Assembly: GCA_043798935.1 (NCBI GenBank)
Contig: JAZDOC010000017.1
Coordinates: forward strand, 381-64,380
DNA length: 64,000 nt
Origin: Patescibacteria group bacterium
GTDB taxonomy: Bacteria; Patescibacteriota; Patescibacteriia; UBA9570; JAHJKD01
Direction of reading: 5' to 3'
A program made the position numbers and the translations under genes. Below, piece by piece: positions 1-12,451 of this stretch (its first letter is position 1; each line of letters opens with the position of its first letter). The notes under the pieces are model-generated. The model saw nothing but the letters and a program-made list of their open reading frames with translations. It did no database searches and was not told where the DNA came from.

Positions 1-2
1 AC

Positions 3-1412
3 GCTATTAACGAGATTAAACAAGATCCTAGTGTTGATATAGTAGAGCCAAATTTTACACGAAAAATATTAACTGCTCCGAACGACCAATATTTTGATGA
101 CCAATGGTACTTATATCAGCCAAATGATATCGACATGGATTCTAAAAAAGCGTGGCGCATTACCACTGGCGGCAGCGATACAGTAATCGCCATTATCGAT
201 ACGGGTGTTGATTTGGATCATGAAGATTTAGCAAATAAAATATGGATTAATGAAAATGAAATTGCCGATAATGGTATAGATGACGATGATAATGGTTATA
301 TCGACGATGTAAATGGCTGGGATTTTGTGAATAATAATAACGATCCCAACCCTGATCCTACCGGAAATGATGACAGCGGCATTACTCACGGTACTCATGT
401 GGCCGGAATTGCGGCCGCCAGTACCAACAACAACACTGGCATTAGCGGTGTGTGTTGGAATTGCCAAATTATGCCGATTCAAGTTATGGATAGCGAAGGC
501 ATGGGCGAAATCGACGGTATTTATAATGGCATTATGTATGCGGTGAATAATGGCGCTGATGTGATTAATTTAAGTTTCGGTAGTTACGATTATAGCGCCA
601 CGGAAAAAAGAGCCATTGACGCGGCACGGGCTAAACAAATTATTGTTGTGGCTGCGGCTGGAAATGACAGTAATAATCTAAACGACGAACCTATTTATCC
701 GGCTTGTAATAAAGGCGTCTTAGCTGTGGCCGCTACTAATAAAAACGATAAGCAGGCTAGCTATTCTAATTATGGATCGGGTTGCGTTGATGTAAGTGCT
801 CCGGGGTCGTTACTGCTTAGTAGTTTATACACAAACGACCATGCTTATAATTTTTTAACTGACTATGGTTATATGAGCGGAACTTCTATGGCCACGCCTT
901 TAGTGAGCGGGCTAGCTGGATTATTAAAATCATTAACTCCGATGCTTCCAAAAAAGCAAATTGCCGATTATATTCGTGACGGCGCTGAGAAAAAAGAATT
1001 AGGCGAAAAAATGGGAGCGGGCAGAATAAATCTATATAACAGTGTGAGGCTGGCAAACGCATATTTAAAACCCCAAGCCCCCAAAACTATTCGTGCTTAT
1101 ACCGGGGAAAAAATGAAATATGAAATTTTAGCCAAAACTGCGTCCAGTGAACAAACCCCCCTTTTTAAGTGGTCAAAATCTACAACTAATGTTGGCAGTA
1201 TAATCGGCTATTATGTTTATTGGGGCACTAATAAAAATGCTAATCCTAAAAAGGTCGGCACGTTTCAAACCAGTCGAAAGTATCATGTGCGTGGCAAACA
1301 AAAAATTTCCAAAAAATTTAATACAGTATATTATTTGATTGTGAAAGCTAAAAATAGTGATAATAAAGTTTCGAAAAAAAGTAAAAGATTTAAATTTATT
1401 TATCAACCATAA
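3..1412 (+). CDS. Subtilisin-like serine peptidase (S8 family), 5'-truncated at window edge; C-terminal ~120-aa extra domain
   Basis: The frame stays open back to position 3, so the ORF continues upstream. Catalytic triad motifs are present: IIDTGVDLDHEDL (Asp), HGTHVAGIAAA (His) and GTSMATPLVSGLAG (Ser). The N-terminal piece NDQYFDDQWYL is typical of the S8 propeptide/N-terminus junction. Confidence 0.85.
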   Translation, partial: AINEIKQDPSVDIVEPNFTRKILTAPNDQYFDDQWYLYQPNDIDMDSKKAWRITTGGSDTVIAIIDTGVDLDHEDLANKIWINENEIADNGIDDDDNGYIDDVNGWDFVNNNNDPNPDPTGNDDSGITHGTHVAGIAAASTNNNTGISGVCWNCQIMPIQVMDSEGMGEIDGIYNGIMYAVNNGADVINLSFGSYDYSATEKRAIDAARAKQIIVVAAAGNDSNNLNDEPIYPACNKGVLAVAATNKNDKQASYSNYGSGCVDVSAPGSLLLSSLYTNDHAYNFLTDYGYMSGTSMATPLVSGLAGLLKSLTPMLPKKQIADYIRDGAEKKELGEKMGAGRINLYNSVRLANAYLKPQAPKTIRAYTGEKMKYEILAKTASSEQTPLFKWSKSTTNVGSIIGYYVYWGTNKNANPKKVGTFQTSRKYHVRGKQKISKKFNTVYYLIVKAKNSDNKVSKKSKRFKFIYQP

Positions 1413-1417
1413 ATATT

Positions 1418-1807
1418 ATGCCTATTACTATAACCAATCTAGCCATTAATACGGTTTTGCTGGTTATCGTTTATTGCTTGAAAAATACTTTGCCGCGCTG
1501 GCGCAGAGTTCACGGCCTGGAAATTGAAAAAATTAATAAAGCCTGGTTCATATTGTCGCTCAGCGTAATCTGCGCCGGGCTGGCCTGGTATTTTCCCACG
1601 CACCGTATATTAAATGTGCTAAGCAGTCTATTGGCTCTATCAGCCATGAGTGTTTTTTTTAACACTCTGCAAGAATGGTTTAAAAGAAGCCAGCATTTCA
1701 AAATGAAAAAAGAAGATTTATGGACGCTGGGAGTTTGGATTTTCTGGTTATTGTCGGGAGCTATGTTTTTAGCTAATATAATGATATATCTAATGAATAC
1801 AAATTAA
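1418..1807 (+). CDS. Hypothetical small membrane protein
   Basis: 129-aa ORF with several hydrophobic segments and no recognisable motif. Confidence 0.3.
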   Translation: MPITITNLAINTVLLVIVYCLKNTLPRWRRVHGLEIEKINKAWFILSLSVICAGLAWYFPTHRILNVLSSLLALSAMSVFFNTLQEWFKRSQHFKMKKEDLWTLGVWIFWLLSGAMFLANIMIYLMNTN

Positions 1808-1828
1808 ATAATAAATAATAAATATTTT

Positions 1829-2260
1829 ATGATGTACACGTTTATTATCAGTCGGTTAATTATTAGTGCTTTACTGGGGTTTTTAATCGGTATTGAACGT
1901 GACCGCGTGCACAAAGAAGCAGGTATTAGAACCATGTCGCTCGTGGCACTAGGCACAACGCTTTTTACATTGTTATCCATTTACGGCTTGGCTAATACGG
2001 ATATTGATTACGACCCAACGCGGATTATGTCTAATGTGGTTACCGGCATTGGTTTCTTGGGCGCCGGTATTATAATTTTTCATGGTGAAAGAGTGCACAA
2101 CATGACTACGGCCGCTACTATCTGGGTGATGGCTGGCATTGGTATGGCAGTTGGCATGGGATGGTATATTCCGGCCGTAGCTGTCACTCTACTTACTTTA
2201 ATAATATTAATTACAGTGCGGGTGTTAAACTTAGAAGAAAAAATTGGAAAAAAAGTTTAG
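1829..2260 (+). CDS. MgtC/SapB family membrane protein
   Basis: Carries the MgtC-family motif LLGFLIGIERDRVHKEAGIRTMSLVALGTTLF and has several TM segments. Confidence 0.7.
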   Translation: MMYTFIISRLIISALLGFLIGIERDRVHKEAGIRTMSLVALGTTLFTLLSIYGLANTDIDYDPTRIMSNVVTGIGFLGAGIIIFHGERVHNMTTAATIWVMAGIGMAVGMGWYIPAVAVTLLTLIILITVRVLNLEEKIGKKV

Positions 2261-2266
2261 CCTACT

Positions 2267-3574
2267 ATGAAACGATTATTAAAAAAAATATTACCGAAAT
2301 CAGCTTTGTCTTTTTACCATAAAAGTCTGGCCTTTTTAGCAGCGTGGTATTATGGGTATCGGTCGGAAAAATTAATTGTAATTGGTGTGACGGGTACAAA
2401 AGGAAAATCTACAACTAGCAATATTTTATGGCATTTATTAGAGGGCGCTGGTTATCACACCGGGCTTACTTCCACGGCTAATTTTAAAATTCATAACACA
2501 ACTTGGGTAAACAGCCAAAAAATGACCATGGTGGGTCGGTTTCAATTGCAAAAATTATTAAAACAAATGGTTGATGCTAAGTGCCAGTATGCGGTAATTG
2601 AAGTTTCATCCGAAGGAATAAAACAATGGCGTCATTATGGCGTTAATTTTGATTATGCATTTTTTCTAAATTTAAGCCCCGAGCACATTGAAGCACATGG
2701 CGGATACGAGAACTATAAGCAAGCTAAAGGTAAACTATTTGCAGCATTGGCCAAAAAAAGTAAAAAAATTAACGGACAAGTAGTTAAGAAAATAATTTTT
2801 GCTAATAGCGATGACCAAGAAGCGCCATATTATTTAAATTTTCAGTCTGAAATTAAAATTACTTATGGCCAGGGTGAACCAGCTAATGTGCGGGCCGAAA
2901 ATGTCTGTCTAGAAAAACAGGGCATAAGCTGGCAAATAAAGGATATTAATTTTTATTTACCGCAAATTGGCTTGTATAACATTTATAATGCCATGCCGGC
3001 CGTAGCGCTGGGGCTTGAGATAGGATTAACATTACCACAAATCAGCTCTATATTATCTCAGTTTCCCGGTATGCCTGGCAGAATGGAGTTGATTTCTAAT
3101 AATAGACAGCTTAATGTAATAGTCGATTATTGTTATGAGCCTAAAAGTTTAGAATTAGCTTTAACTACTTTAAAGCAATTATATATTAAACCCGAGTTAA
3201 ATAATGCGATTATTGCCGTTTCCGGCCCAACCGGAGGCGGTCGCGATAGTTGGCGTCGACCGGTTATGGGTGAATTATTGGCTAATAATTGTAAATATTC
3301 AATTATTACTACTGATGATCCATATGATGATGACCCTAGTAAAATTGCCGATGAAATGATAGAAGGTTTAAAAAAACAAGGAAAAATAGAAAATCAAGAT
3401 TATTTTAAAATAATTGATAGAAAATCAGCTATTAAAAAAGCTATAGAATTGGCTAAAATTAATGATGTAATTCTTTTGGCTGGTAAAGGGTGTGACCCGG
3501 TTATGGCGGTAGCGAATGGAAAAAGCATAAAATGGGATGACCGAGAAGTGGCAAAAGAACTGTTAAATATGTAA
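2267..3574 (+). CDS. Mur ligase family protein (MurE/MurT-like), short form
   Basis: P-loop GVTGTKGKSTT is typical of the Mur ligase central domain. The C-terminal KWDDREVAKELL matches the MurE/MurF-type C-terminal domain. There is no long N-terminal domain. Confidence 0.6.
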   Translation: MKRLLKKILPKSALSFYHKSLAFLAAWYYGYRSEKLIVIGVTGTKGKSTTSNILWHLLEGAGYHTGLTSTANFKIHNTTWVNSQKMTMVGRFQLQKLLKQMVDAKCQYAVIEVSSEGIKQWRHYGVNFDYAFFLNLSPEHIEAHGGYENYKQAKGKLFAALAKKSKKINGQVVKKIIFANSDDQEAPYYLNFQSEIKITYGQGEPANVRAENVCLEKQGISWQIKDINFYLPQIGLYNIYNAMPAVALGLEIGLTLPQISSILSQFPGMPGRMELISNNRQLNVIVDYCYEPKSLELALTTLKQLYIKPELNNAIIAVSGPTGGGRDSWRRPVMGELLANNCKYSIITTDDPYDDDPSKIADEMIEGLKKQGKIENQDYFKIIDRKSAIKKAIELAKINDVILLAGKGCDPVMAVANGKSIKWDDREVAKELLNM

Positions 3575-3734
3575 TGTGTATAACTTGGGGGAAAGGGCTG
3601 TATAAAAAAGGTAAGTAAAGTTTAATATAATAATGGTGTGATCACATGATTATACCTCCATGCCTGGCTATATTAGCTAATATTAGCCAAAATATATAAG
3701 TGTGGACAAAAAATTTGACAAAATATAGGTATAC

Positions 3735-3763
3735 TTGACAGTGTGTTTAAAACAGTGTAAAGT
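3735..3763 (+). promoter_or_regulatory. Sigma70-like promoter candidate in rpoB leader (TTGACA-17-TAAAGT)
   Basis: TTGACA at 3735-3740, a 17-nt spacer, and TAAAGT at 3758-3763. A second TTGACA lies at 3715-3720. It sits in a 344-bp intergenic region upstream of rpoB. Confidence 0.4.
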
Positions 3764-3918
3764 AAATTTTGCGTTTAATCATGACTAAGGGAAGAAAAAC
3801 CGCATTTTATCACAACAAATAAGCAAATTTTGGAAGTGAAGATCTTCTCTCAAATTTATAATAAATAATTAATAAACCCATATTTAATAAATAATAACAT
3901 GGGTGCTTTTGTTTTATT

Positions 3919-6900
3919 ATGCCAAAAACCAACGATTATCTAAGAGGCCGAAAAACATTTTCCGCCTTAGTTGAAAGCGTACCTTTGCCAAATTTAATTG
4001 AGGTACAAAATAATTCTTATAAATGGTTCATGACTGAAGGTTTAAAAGAATTATTAAGTGAAATTAATCCGATTGTGGATTTTACTGGAAAAGATTTAGA
4101 ATTGTATTTGGAAGATTATTATTTGGATGAACCTCGTTTTGATGAACGAACCGCTAAAGCCAAAAACATTACTTATGAAGCGGCTTTGCGTATTAATGCA
4201 AAATTAGTTAATAAACGAACCAAAGAAAAGAAAACTCAAGAAGTTTATTTAGGTGATTTTCCGTTAATGACCAATCGAGGCACATTCATTATTAATGGCG
4301 TAGAAAGAGCAGTGGTTTCTCAGCTGATTAGAAGTGCCGGCATATTCTTTACTTCCAATGTTCAACGCGGTCGTCGATATTATGGTGCCAAGATTATTCC
4401 TAATCGTGGTGCTTGGTTAGAATTTGAAACCGATATGAACAATGTAATTTATGTAAAAATAGATCGCAAAAGAAAAGTAGCCGCCACTTCATTATTGCGC
4501 GCTTTCGGCTATGGAACAGACGAAGAATTATTAGCTTTGTTTAAAGACATTAAAGATGATGAAAATAAACATATTGAATCTACTTTACATAAAGACATAG
4601 CTAAATCCGAAGGTGAAGGCTTAAAAGAAATTTATAAAAGAATCAGACCAGGCGATTTAGCCACGGTTGATAATGCCCGCAGTTTAATTCATAGCATGTT
4701 TTTCAATTTTAATCGCTATGATTTTGGTAAAGTTGGTCGTTATAAAATAAATATGCGTTTTGATTTTTCTTTTCCCATTGATCAAGACAACCGAGTTCTT
4801 AAAAAAGAAGATGTAGTATCTGCGCTTAAAGAAATAATCAGATTAAATAATTCACAGGAAGAAGCTGACGATATTGATCATTTGGGAAATCGCCGTGTAC
4901 GCGCCATTGGTGAATTAGTGCAAAATAAATTCCGGATTGGTTTGGCTAGAATGGAAAGAATTGTAAAAGACCGCATGAGTACTAAAGATGTAGCCACGTT
5001 AACACCCGGCTTATTAATTAATGCCCGTCCATTAATTGGCTCGATTCGTGAGTTTTTTATGTCTTCACAGTTATCCCAGTTCATGGATCAAACAAATCCA
5101 CTGGCCGAGCTTGAACATAAACGAAGATTGTCTGCTATGGGTCCGGGAGGTTTATCTCGGGAAAGAGCTGGCTTTGAAGTGCGCGATGTACATAGAACTC
5201 ATTATGGGCGTATTTGTCCGATTGCTACCCCGGAAGGACCAAACATTGGTTTAGTGGGTCATTTAGCTTGTTATGCCAGAATTAATGAATATGGTTTTAT
5301 AGAAACTCCATATCGTAAAATTGCTAAAGACGAAAAAAATAAACGCGCTCGCGTGACTGATGAAATTGTTTATTTGGACGCTTTTACCGAAGAACGTAAA
5401 ACTACTGTATCAGCCACTGCTCCGGTTGATGAAAAAGGATATTTTAAAGTTGAAAAAATTGAAGTACGCCGTCAAGGTAAACCAGCTATTGAAAATGTTT
5501 GGAGCATCGATTATATGGATGTATCCCCCAGACAAATTGTATCAGTAGCCACATCATTAATTCCATTTCTAGAGCATGATGACGCTGTGCGTGCTCTTAT
5601 GGGTACAAACATGCAACGTCAGTCGGTTTCATGTATCAAGCCCGACGCACCTATTATTGGTACTGGTATTGAATATAAAGCCGCGCAAGATTCAGGACAA
5701 GTAATTGTTAGTGAACAAAATGGCAGTGTTACCGAAGCTGATGCGGCTCATATTGTGATCAAAGATAAAAAAGGTGAAGAATTTACTTACCTGTTAAATA
5801 ACTTCGCTCGTTCCAATGCTTCAACCTGCATGAACCAAAAAGTAATTGTAAATGTTGGCGATAAAATTAAAGAAGGTGACCCATTAGCCGACGGCGCGTC
5901 AACCGACAAAGGTGAATTAGCTTTGGGGCAGAATGTACTCGTGGCTTACATGCCTTGGGAAGGTGGCAACTATGAAGATGCTATCCTAATTTCTGATCGC
6001 TTAGTGCAAGCCGATAAATATACATCTATTCATATTGAAGATTATACAATCGATGTTCGCGAAACCAAGCTTGGTCCCGAAGTAGTAACGCGCGATATTC
6101 CTAATGTTAGTGAAGAAAAATTAAAAGATTTAGACGCTGAAGGCGTAATTAGAATCGGTGCGCAAGTAGCCTCCGGAGATATTTTAGTTGGAAAAATTAC
6201 ACCCAAAGGTGAAACTGAATTATCTGCCGAAGAAAAATTATTACGCGCTATTTTTGGTGAAAAAGCCAAAGACGTAAAAGATTCTTCATTATATTTAGAG
6301 CATGGTGAGCACGGTAAAGTAGTTGATATTAAAATCTTTTCCAAAGAAAACGGCGATAAATTGCCAGCCGGTGTAATCAAGACCATTCAAATATCAATCG
6401 CTCAACTTAGAAAAATTCAAGTTGGTGATAAAATGGCCGGTCGTCATGGAAACAAAGGTGTAATTTCTCGTATTGTTCCGGTTGAAGACATGCCATACAT
6501 GCAAGATGGTACGCCAGTGGATATAGTTTTAAACCCTCTAGGCATTGTGTCGCGTATGAATTTAGGCCAAGTACTAGAAACTCATTTAGGATTAGCAGCC
6601 AAAGCCTTGGGTTATAAAGTAGCTACCATTCCTTTTAGCGGTGTGTCGGTTGAAGAAATTAAAAGACAATTGGAATTAGCTAAATTTCCATCGGATGGAA
6701 AATTAACATTAGTTGATGGCCGTACCGGTGAAACTTTTAAGAAAAAAGTTACCTGCGGTATTGCTTATATGTTGAAACTAAATCATATGGTGGAAGATAA
6801 AATTCATCAAAGATCAATCGGTCCTTACTCTTTGGTTACACAACAGCCTTTGGGTGGAAAAGCACAATTCGGTGGTCAGAGATTTGGTGAAATGGAAGTA

Positions 6901-7164
6901 TGGGCACTGGAAGCTTATGGTGCCGCACATACTTTACAAGAAATTCTAACCATCAAATCCGATGATGTGCCGGGTCGTTCCAAAGCCTATGAAGCTGTCA
7001 TCAAAGGTGAGAAAATTGATAAAGTAAATGTACCCGAATCTTTCAATGTGTTGGTGAGAGAATTAAAGGGATTATGTTTAGAAGTAGATCTTTTCGATAA
7101 GGATAAAAAAGAAGGCAGTGAAGCAGAAGCTGATGAAGATGCTGACAAGGAAGAGCAAAAATAA
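3919..7164 (+). CDS. rpoB: DNA-directed RNA polymerase subunit beta
   Basis: 1081 aa with the conserved blocks [23 protein letters not shown] and [18 protein letters not shown]. Confidence 0.97.
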   Translation: MPKTNDYLRGRKTFSALVESVPLPNLIEVQNNSYKWFMTEGLKELLSEINPIVDFTGKDLELYLEDYYLDEPRFDERTAKAKNITYEAALRINAKLVNKRTKEKKTQEVYLGDFPLMTNRGTFIINGVERAVVSQLIRSAGIFFTSNVQRGRRYYGAKIIPNRGAWLEFETDMNNVIYVKIDRKRKVAATSLLRAFGYGTDEELLALFKDIKDDENKHIESTLHKDIAKSEGEGLKEIYKRIRPGDLATVDNARSLIHSMFFNFNRYDFGKVGRYKINMRFDFSFPIDQDNRVLKKEDVVSALKEIIRLNNSQEEADDIDHLGNRRVRAIGELVQNKFRIGLARMERIVKDRMSTKDVATLTPGLLINARPLIGSIREFFMSSQLSQFMDQTNPLAELEHKRRLSAMGPGGLSRERAGFEVRDVHRTHYGRICPIATPEGPNIGLVGHLACYARINEYGFIETPYRKIAKDEKNKRARVTDEIVYLDAFTEERKTTVSATAPVDEKGYFKVEKIEVRRQGKPAIENVWSIDYMDVSPRQIVSVATSLIPFLEHDDAVRALMGTNMQRQSVSCIKPDAPIIGTGIEYKAAQDSGQVIVSEQNGSVTEADAAHIVIKDKKGEEFTYLLNNFARSNASTCMNQKVIVNVGDKIKEGDPLADGASTDKGELALGQNVLVAYMPWEGGNYEDAILISDRLVQADKYTSIHIEDYTIDVRETKLGPEVVTRDIPNVSEEKLKDLDAEGVIRIGAQVASGDILVGKITPKGETELSAEEKLLRAIFGEKAKDVKDSSLYLEHGEHGKVVDIKIFSKENGDKLPAGVIKTIQISIAQLRKIQVGDKMAGRHGNKGVISRIVPVEDMPYMQDGTPVDIVLNPLGIVSRMNLGQVLETHLGLAAKALGYKVATIPFSGVSVEEIKRQLELAKFPSDGKLTLVDGRTGETFKKKVTCGIAYMLKLNHMVEDKIHQRSIGPYSLVTQQPLGGKAQFGGQRFGEMEVWALEAYGAAHTLQEILTIKSDDVPGRSKAYEAVIKGEKIDKVNVPESFNVLVRELKGLCLEVDLFDKDKKEGSEAEADEDADKEEQK

Positions 7165-7203
7165 TTATCGATTTAATAAAATTTACATAATAACTTAAAT
7201 TAT

Positions 7204-10200
7204 ATGATTGAACATAATATTCATCAAACCAACGATTTTAATGCCATTCGTTTGAAGCTGGCATCACCCGCCGAAATTAAAGATTGGTCTTTTGGCGAAG
7301 TAGTCCGTCCGGAAACCATTAATTACCGTACGCAAAAACCGGAAAAAGACGGTTTGTTTTGCGAGAAAATTTTTGGTCCATCAAAAGACTGGGAATGCTA
7401 TTGCGGTAAATATAAAAAGATTCGCTATAAAGGCATTATCTGCGATAAGTGCGGTGTTGAGGTTACTCGTTCGATTGTTCGTCGTGAGCGCATGGGGCAC
7501 ATTGAATTAGCCGCGCCGGTTTCACATATTTGGTTTTTACGTGGCGTGCCTTCTAAAATTGGTTTAGTGCTAGACTTGTCTCCGCAAGCTTTGGAAAAAG
7601 TAATTTATTTTGCTAATTTCATTATTACGAAAGTTCATGATGAATTAAAACAAGAAACCGTTGATCAAATTAATCATGAAGCTGAAAGCAAAAGAAAAAT
7701 GATTCGTGTCGAAAGCACTCAACATTTAAGCGAAATAAAGAAAAATGAAGAAGAAGTTTTACGTTCAGCTACGACCGATAAAGCCAAGGCTAAAATTGCC
7801 GAAGAATATGAGCAGGAAAACATCAACGCCACTATCATGCGTGATGAAAAATTGAAAGGTTTAGAAGACGCTGTCGACTTGGCTAAAAAAGAGCTAAAAG
7901 ATTTAAAAGAATTACAGATAATTTCTGAAAATAAATATCAAGACTTGTCTTTAAAGTATGGTCATGTTTTTGAAGCCAGTATTGGCGCTGAAGCAGTCAG
8001 AGAGCTATTGGAACAAGTTGACATCGATAAATCCATTGAAGGTTTAGTGGAAGAAATGAAAGAAGCCAGTAAGAATCAACAGCATCGTTTGATTCGGCGT
8101 TTGAAATTATTAAAGAATTTAAAGAAAAATAATATTCGACCCGAGTGGATGATTTTGAACGTGCTTCCGGTTATTCCACCAGATTTACGACCAATGGTAC
8201 AGTTAGACGGCGGTCGATTTGCGGCTTCAGATTTAAACGATTTATATCGTCGTGTCATTAATCGTAATAATCGTTTAAAAAGATTAAAAGAACTAAATGC
8301 GCCTGAAGTTATTCAACGCAATGAAAAAAGAATGTTGCAGGAAGCCGTAGATGCATTAATCGATAACGGCGCCCGTCATGGTAAAACCGTAACTGCTTCA
8401 ACCGGCCAAAAGAGAATGCTTAAATCTTTAGCCGATATGTTGAAAGGCAAGCAGGGTCGTTTCCGTCAGAACTTATTAGGCAAGCGTGTAGATTATTCCG
8501 GTCGTAGCGTAATCGTAGTTGGTCCGAATTTAAAATTACACCAATGCGGTTTGCCGAAACGAATGGCTTTAGAATTATTTAAACCGTTTGTAATTTCTAA
8601 ATTAATCGCCCGTGAATATGTTTATAACGTCCGTAGTGCTAATCGTTTTATTGAAAGTGGTCGACCCGAAGTATGGGATATTTTAGAAGAAATTACCAAG
8701 CATGCACACGTAATGTTGAATCGTGCGCCGACTTTACATCGATTAGGCATCCAAGCTTTCCAACCAGTATTAATTGAAGGTAAGGCTATTCAGATTCATC
8801 CATTAGTTTGTACGGCTTTCAATGCCGATTTCGACGGTGATCAAATGGCCGTTCATGTTCCATTAACCGATGAAGCTAAAAAGGAAGCTGCGCGAATTAT
8901 GCTGTCTTCACACAACTTATTAAAGCCGGCTACGGGTGAACCGGTTGTAACTCCTTCACAGGATATCGTACTGGGTATTTATTATCTTACCTCTATCGAT
9001 GACGATGACGATAAAAAAATTAATCATTTCAGTAATGAAGAAGAAGCTATTTTAGCTCATGATAGCGAATGTATTTCATTACAACGAAAGATAAAAGTAA
9101 GGATTAATAATGAAATGGTCGAGACAACTTGCGGACGTATAATTTTTAATAAAATTTTACCCGAATCCTTACGTTTTGTGAACAAGCTTATTAATAAAAA
9201 AAGTCTAAAAGAAGTTATTGCCGAATGCTTAGTAAAAGAAGGGCAGGAACGCACGGTTCAATTATTAGACGATGTGAAAGACGAAGCTAATAAATATATA
9301 ACTTTTTCAGGTATGAGCTGGGGCATGGATGATACACCGGTGCCAACGGCCAAAAAAGAAATCATGAAAAGTTCGGAAGCCATGGTTGAAGAAATCCAGG
9401 GTCAATATGATATGGGTTTATTAACTGACGATGAACGACGAACTAAAATTATTGAAATATGGACAAAAGCCAAAAATGATTTAACCGATGCGTGCCGCGA
9501 TAATCTTGATACAAAAAGCTCCACTTATTTCATGATTGATTCTGGGGCGCGTGGTTCTTGGGGCCAGGTTACTCAGATGGTCGGTATGAAAGGCTTAGTA
9601 ATTAACCCGGCTGGTGAAACCATCGAGTTGCCCGTGAAATCTTCATTTAAAGAAGGTTTTGATGTACTGGAATTTTTCTTTTCCACTCATGGTGCTCGAA
9701 AAGGTTTAACTGACACAGCTTTAAGAACAGCCAATGCCGGTTATCTAACTCGAAGATTAATTGATGTTTCTCAAGATGTGGTCATTATTGAAGAAGATTG
9801 CGGTTGTACAGAGGGATTAGTATTAACCAAGAAAGAATGCGAAGAATTGGGCGAAGATTTTTCTACTCGCATTGTGGGTCGTGTTTTAGCACGCGATATA
9901 ATTCACCCTAAAACTAAAAAGGTAGTAATTGCCAAAGGTGAATTGGTGACTGAAGATTTAGCTAAAACCATAAAAGGTCTAGATTTAGAATCAGTAGAAA
10001 TTCGCTCTATTTTGAAATGTAAAACTTTACGCGGTGCTTGTCAAAAATGTTATGGTTACGATTTGGGTTATAATCGCATGGTTAAATTCGGAACGGCCGT
10101 TGGTATTATCGCGGCACAAAGTATTGGTGAACCAGGAACCCAGCTAACCATGAGAACATTCCACACTGGTGGTGTGGCCGGACACGATATTACTCAAGGT

Positions 10201-11139
10201 TTACCGCGTGTTGAAGAATTATTTGAAGCCCGCCCTTTAAAGAAAGCTGGAATTCTAGCTGAAGTAGACGGCGAAGTGGAAGAAATTGTTGAAAAGGGAA
10301 AGCAAAAAATAATTCGCGTACGTTATGTAAAAAACGTTGAAGATGTATTTAAAATTACTGCCAAAGCCGATGTGAAAGTTAAAGACGGTGACAATGTAAA
10401 AGAAGGTCAAGTTATATTTATCGATAAAGACGGAGAAATTAAATCTTCAATCCAAGGCAATGTAAAAGTTGAAAATAAAACTTTAACCGTGTTTGGTGAA
10501 AAACCGCACATTAAAGAACACATTGTACCAGTAGGTTTTGGTGTTTGGGTTAAAGAAGGCGATTTAGTAACCAGTGGTCAGCGATTAACTGAAGGCAATG
10601 TGAATTTGAAAGAGCTTTATTTACTGCGTGGCGTGGAACAAGTGCAGAAATATATCATGAAAGAGATTCAATATATTTATTCCTCGCAAGGTCAGAAATT
10701 AAATGATAAGCACGTAGAAATTATTGTTCGTCAAATGTTTTCACGCTATTTAGTTAAAGACGCCGGCAGTAGCGATTTCGTTTTTGGTGAAATGATTACT
10801 AGAGATCAACTACTTGAAACTAATCAACAAATAAAAAAGGATAGTGGAAAGTTGATGACAGCTGAAAATATTTTACTTGGTATTACCAAAGCGTCGTTAT
10901 CGACCGACAGTTTCTTGTCAGCCGCTTCCTTCCAGGAAACAGCGCGTATTTTAATTGATGCCGCCGTCACTGGTAAGATAGATTATTTACGGGGTCTAAA
11001 AGAAAATGTAATCATCGGTAAATTAATCCCGGTTGGTACTGGTTTTAACGATGAAATTTTAGACGCACCATTGCCGGGCGCTGAAGACGAAGATTATGAA
11101 GAAGAAAAAGTAGGTGCTGATGTAGCGTTTGAAGAATAG
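7204..11139 (+). CDS. rpoC: DNA-directed RNA polymerase subunit beta'
   Basis: 1311 aa with the catalytic NADFDGDQMAVHVP motif and zinc-finger cysteines near the N-terminus (CYCGKYKKIRYKGIICDKCG). Confidence 0.97.
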   Translation: MIEHNIHQTNDFNAIRLKLASPAEIKDWSFGEVVRPETINYRTQKPEKDGLFCEKIFGPSKDWECYCGKYKKIRYKGIICDKCGVEVTRSIVRRERMGHIELAAPVSHIWFLRGVPSKIGLVLDLSPQALEKVIYFANFIITKVHDELKQETVDQINHEAESKRKMIRVESTQHLSEIKKNEEEVLRSATTDKAKAKIAEEYEQENINATIMRDEKLKGLEDAVDLAKKELKDLKELQIISENKYQDLSLKYGHVFEASIGAEAVRELLEQVDIDKSIEGLVEEMKEASKNQQHRLIRRLKLLKNLKKNNIRPEWMILNVLPVIPPDLRPMVQLDGGRFAASDLNDLYRRVINRNNRLKRLKELNAPEVIQRNEKRMLQEAVDALIDNGARHGKTVTASTGQKRMLKSLADMLKGKQGRFRQNLLGKRVDYSGRSVIVVGPNLKLHQCGLPKRMALELFKPFVISKLIAREYVYNVRSANRFIESGRPEVWDILEEITKHAHVMLNRAPTLHRLGIQAFQPVLIEGKAIQIHPLVCTAFNADFDGDQMAVHVPLTDEAKKEAARIMLSSHNLLKPATGEPVVTPSQDIVLGIYYLTSIDDDDDKKINHFSNEEEAILAHDSECISLQRKIKVRINNEMVETTCGRIIFNKILPESLRFVNKLINKKSLKEVIAECLVKEGQERTVQLLDDVKDEANKYITFSGMSWGMDDTPVPTAKKEIMKSSEAMVEEIQGQYDMGLLTDDERRTKIIEIWTKAKNDLTDACRDNLDTKSSTYFMIDSGARGSWGQVTQMVGMKGLVINPAGETIELPVKSSFKEGFDVLEFFFSTHGARKGLTDTALRTANAGYLTRRLIDVSQDVVIIEEDCGCTEGLVLTKKECEELGEDFSTRIVGRVLARDIIHPKTKKVVIAKGELVTEDLAKTIKGLDLESVEIRSILKCKTLRGACQKCYGYDLGYNRMVKFGTAVGIIAAQSIGEPGTQLTMRTFHTGGVAGHDITQGLPRVEELFEARPLKKAGILAEVDGEVEEIVEKGKQKIIRVRYVKNVEDVFKITAKADVKVKDGDNVKEGQVIFIDKDGEIKSSIQGNVKVENKTLTVFGEKPHIKEHIVPVGFGVWVKEGDLVTSGQRLTEGNVNLKELYLLRGVEQVQKYIMKEIQYIYSSQGQKLNDKHVEIIVRQMFSRYLVKDAGSSDFVFGEMITRDQLLETNQQIKKDSGKLMTAENILLGITKASLSTDSFLSAASFQETARILIDAAVTGKIDYLRGLKENVIIGKLIPVGTGFNDEILDAPLPGAEDEDYEEEKVGADVAFEE

Positions 11140-11160
11140 AAAGACAATTCAGATATACAA

Positions 11161-11192
11161 AAAACCCCGGGTATAAAACTCGGGGTTTTTTT
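11161..11192. terminator. Bidirectional intrinsic terminator between rpoC (+) and guaB (-)
   Basis: AAAACCCCG...CGGGGTTTTTTT: a GC stem with an A-tract upstream and a T-tract downstream. Confidence 0.6.
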
Positions 11193-11206
11193 AGTATGAA
11201 AAAATA

Positions 11207-12307
<1,101 letters not shown>

Positions 12308-12372
12308 TTAATATTTAATAAAAATGTAATAATTATAATAGCAAAGTTAATCAAATAAATCAAGGTTAAGTG

Positions 12373-12401
12373 TTTACAAATGGTCTAAAATATGATAAAA
12401 T
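12373..12401 (+). promoter_or_regulatory. Promoter candidate (TTTACA-17-TAAAAT) upstream of the 798-aa ORF
   Basis: Hexamers at 12373-12378 and 12396-12401 with a 17-nt spacer. Confidence 0.3.
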
Positions 12402-12451
12402 ATAGTTAAATTAGCCTGTAATATCGAATAAAATATAAATATTAATATTCC

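Noticed and set aside
4878-9254. Short antisense or alternate-frame ORFs inside rpoB and rpoC (for example 4878-5084, 6042-6386, 8076-8258). Similar ones lie inside purA, groEL, uvrA and recA.
   Set aside because: They are fully embedded in high-confidence conserved genes, are low-complexity, and have no motifs. They are typical spurious ORFs.
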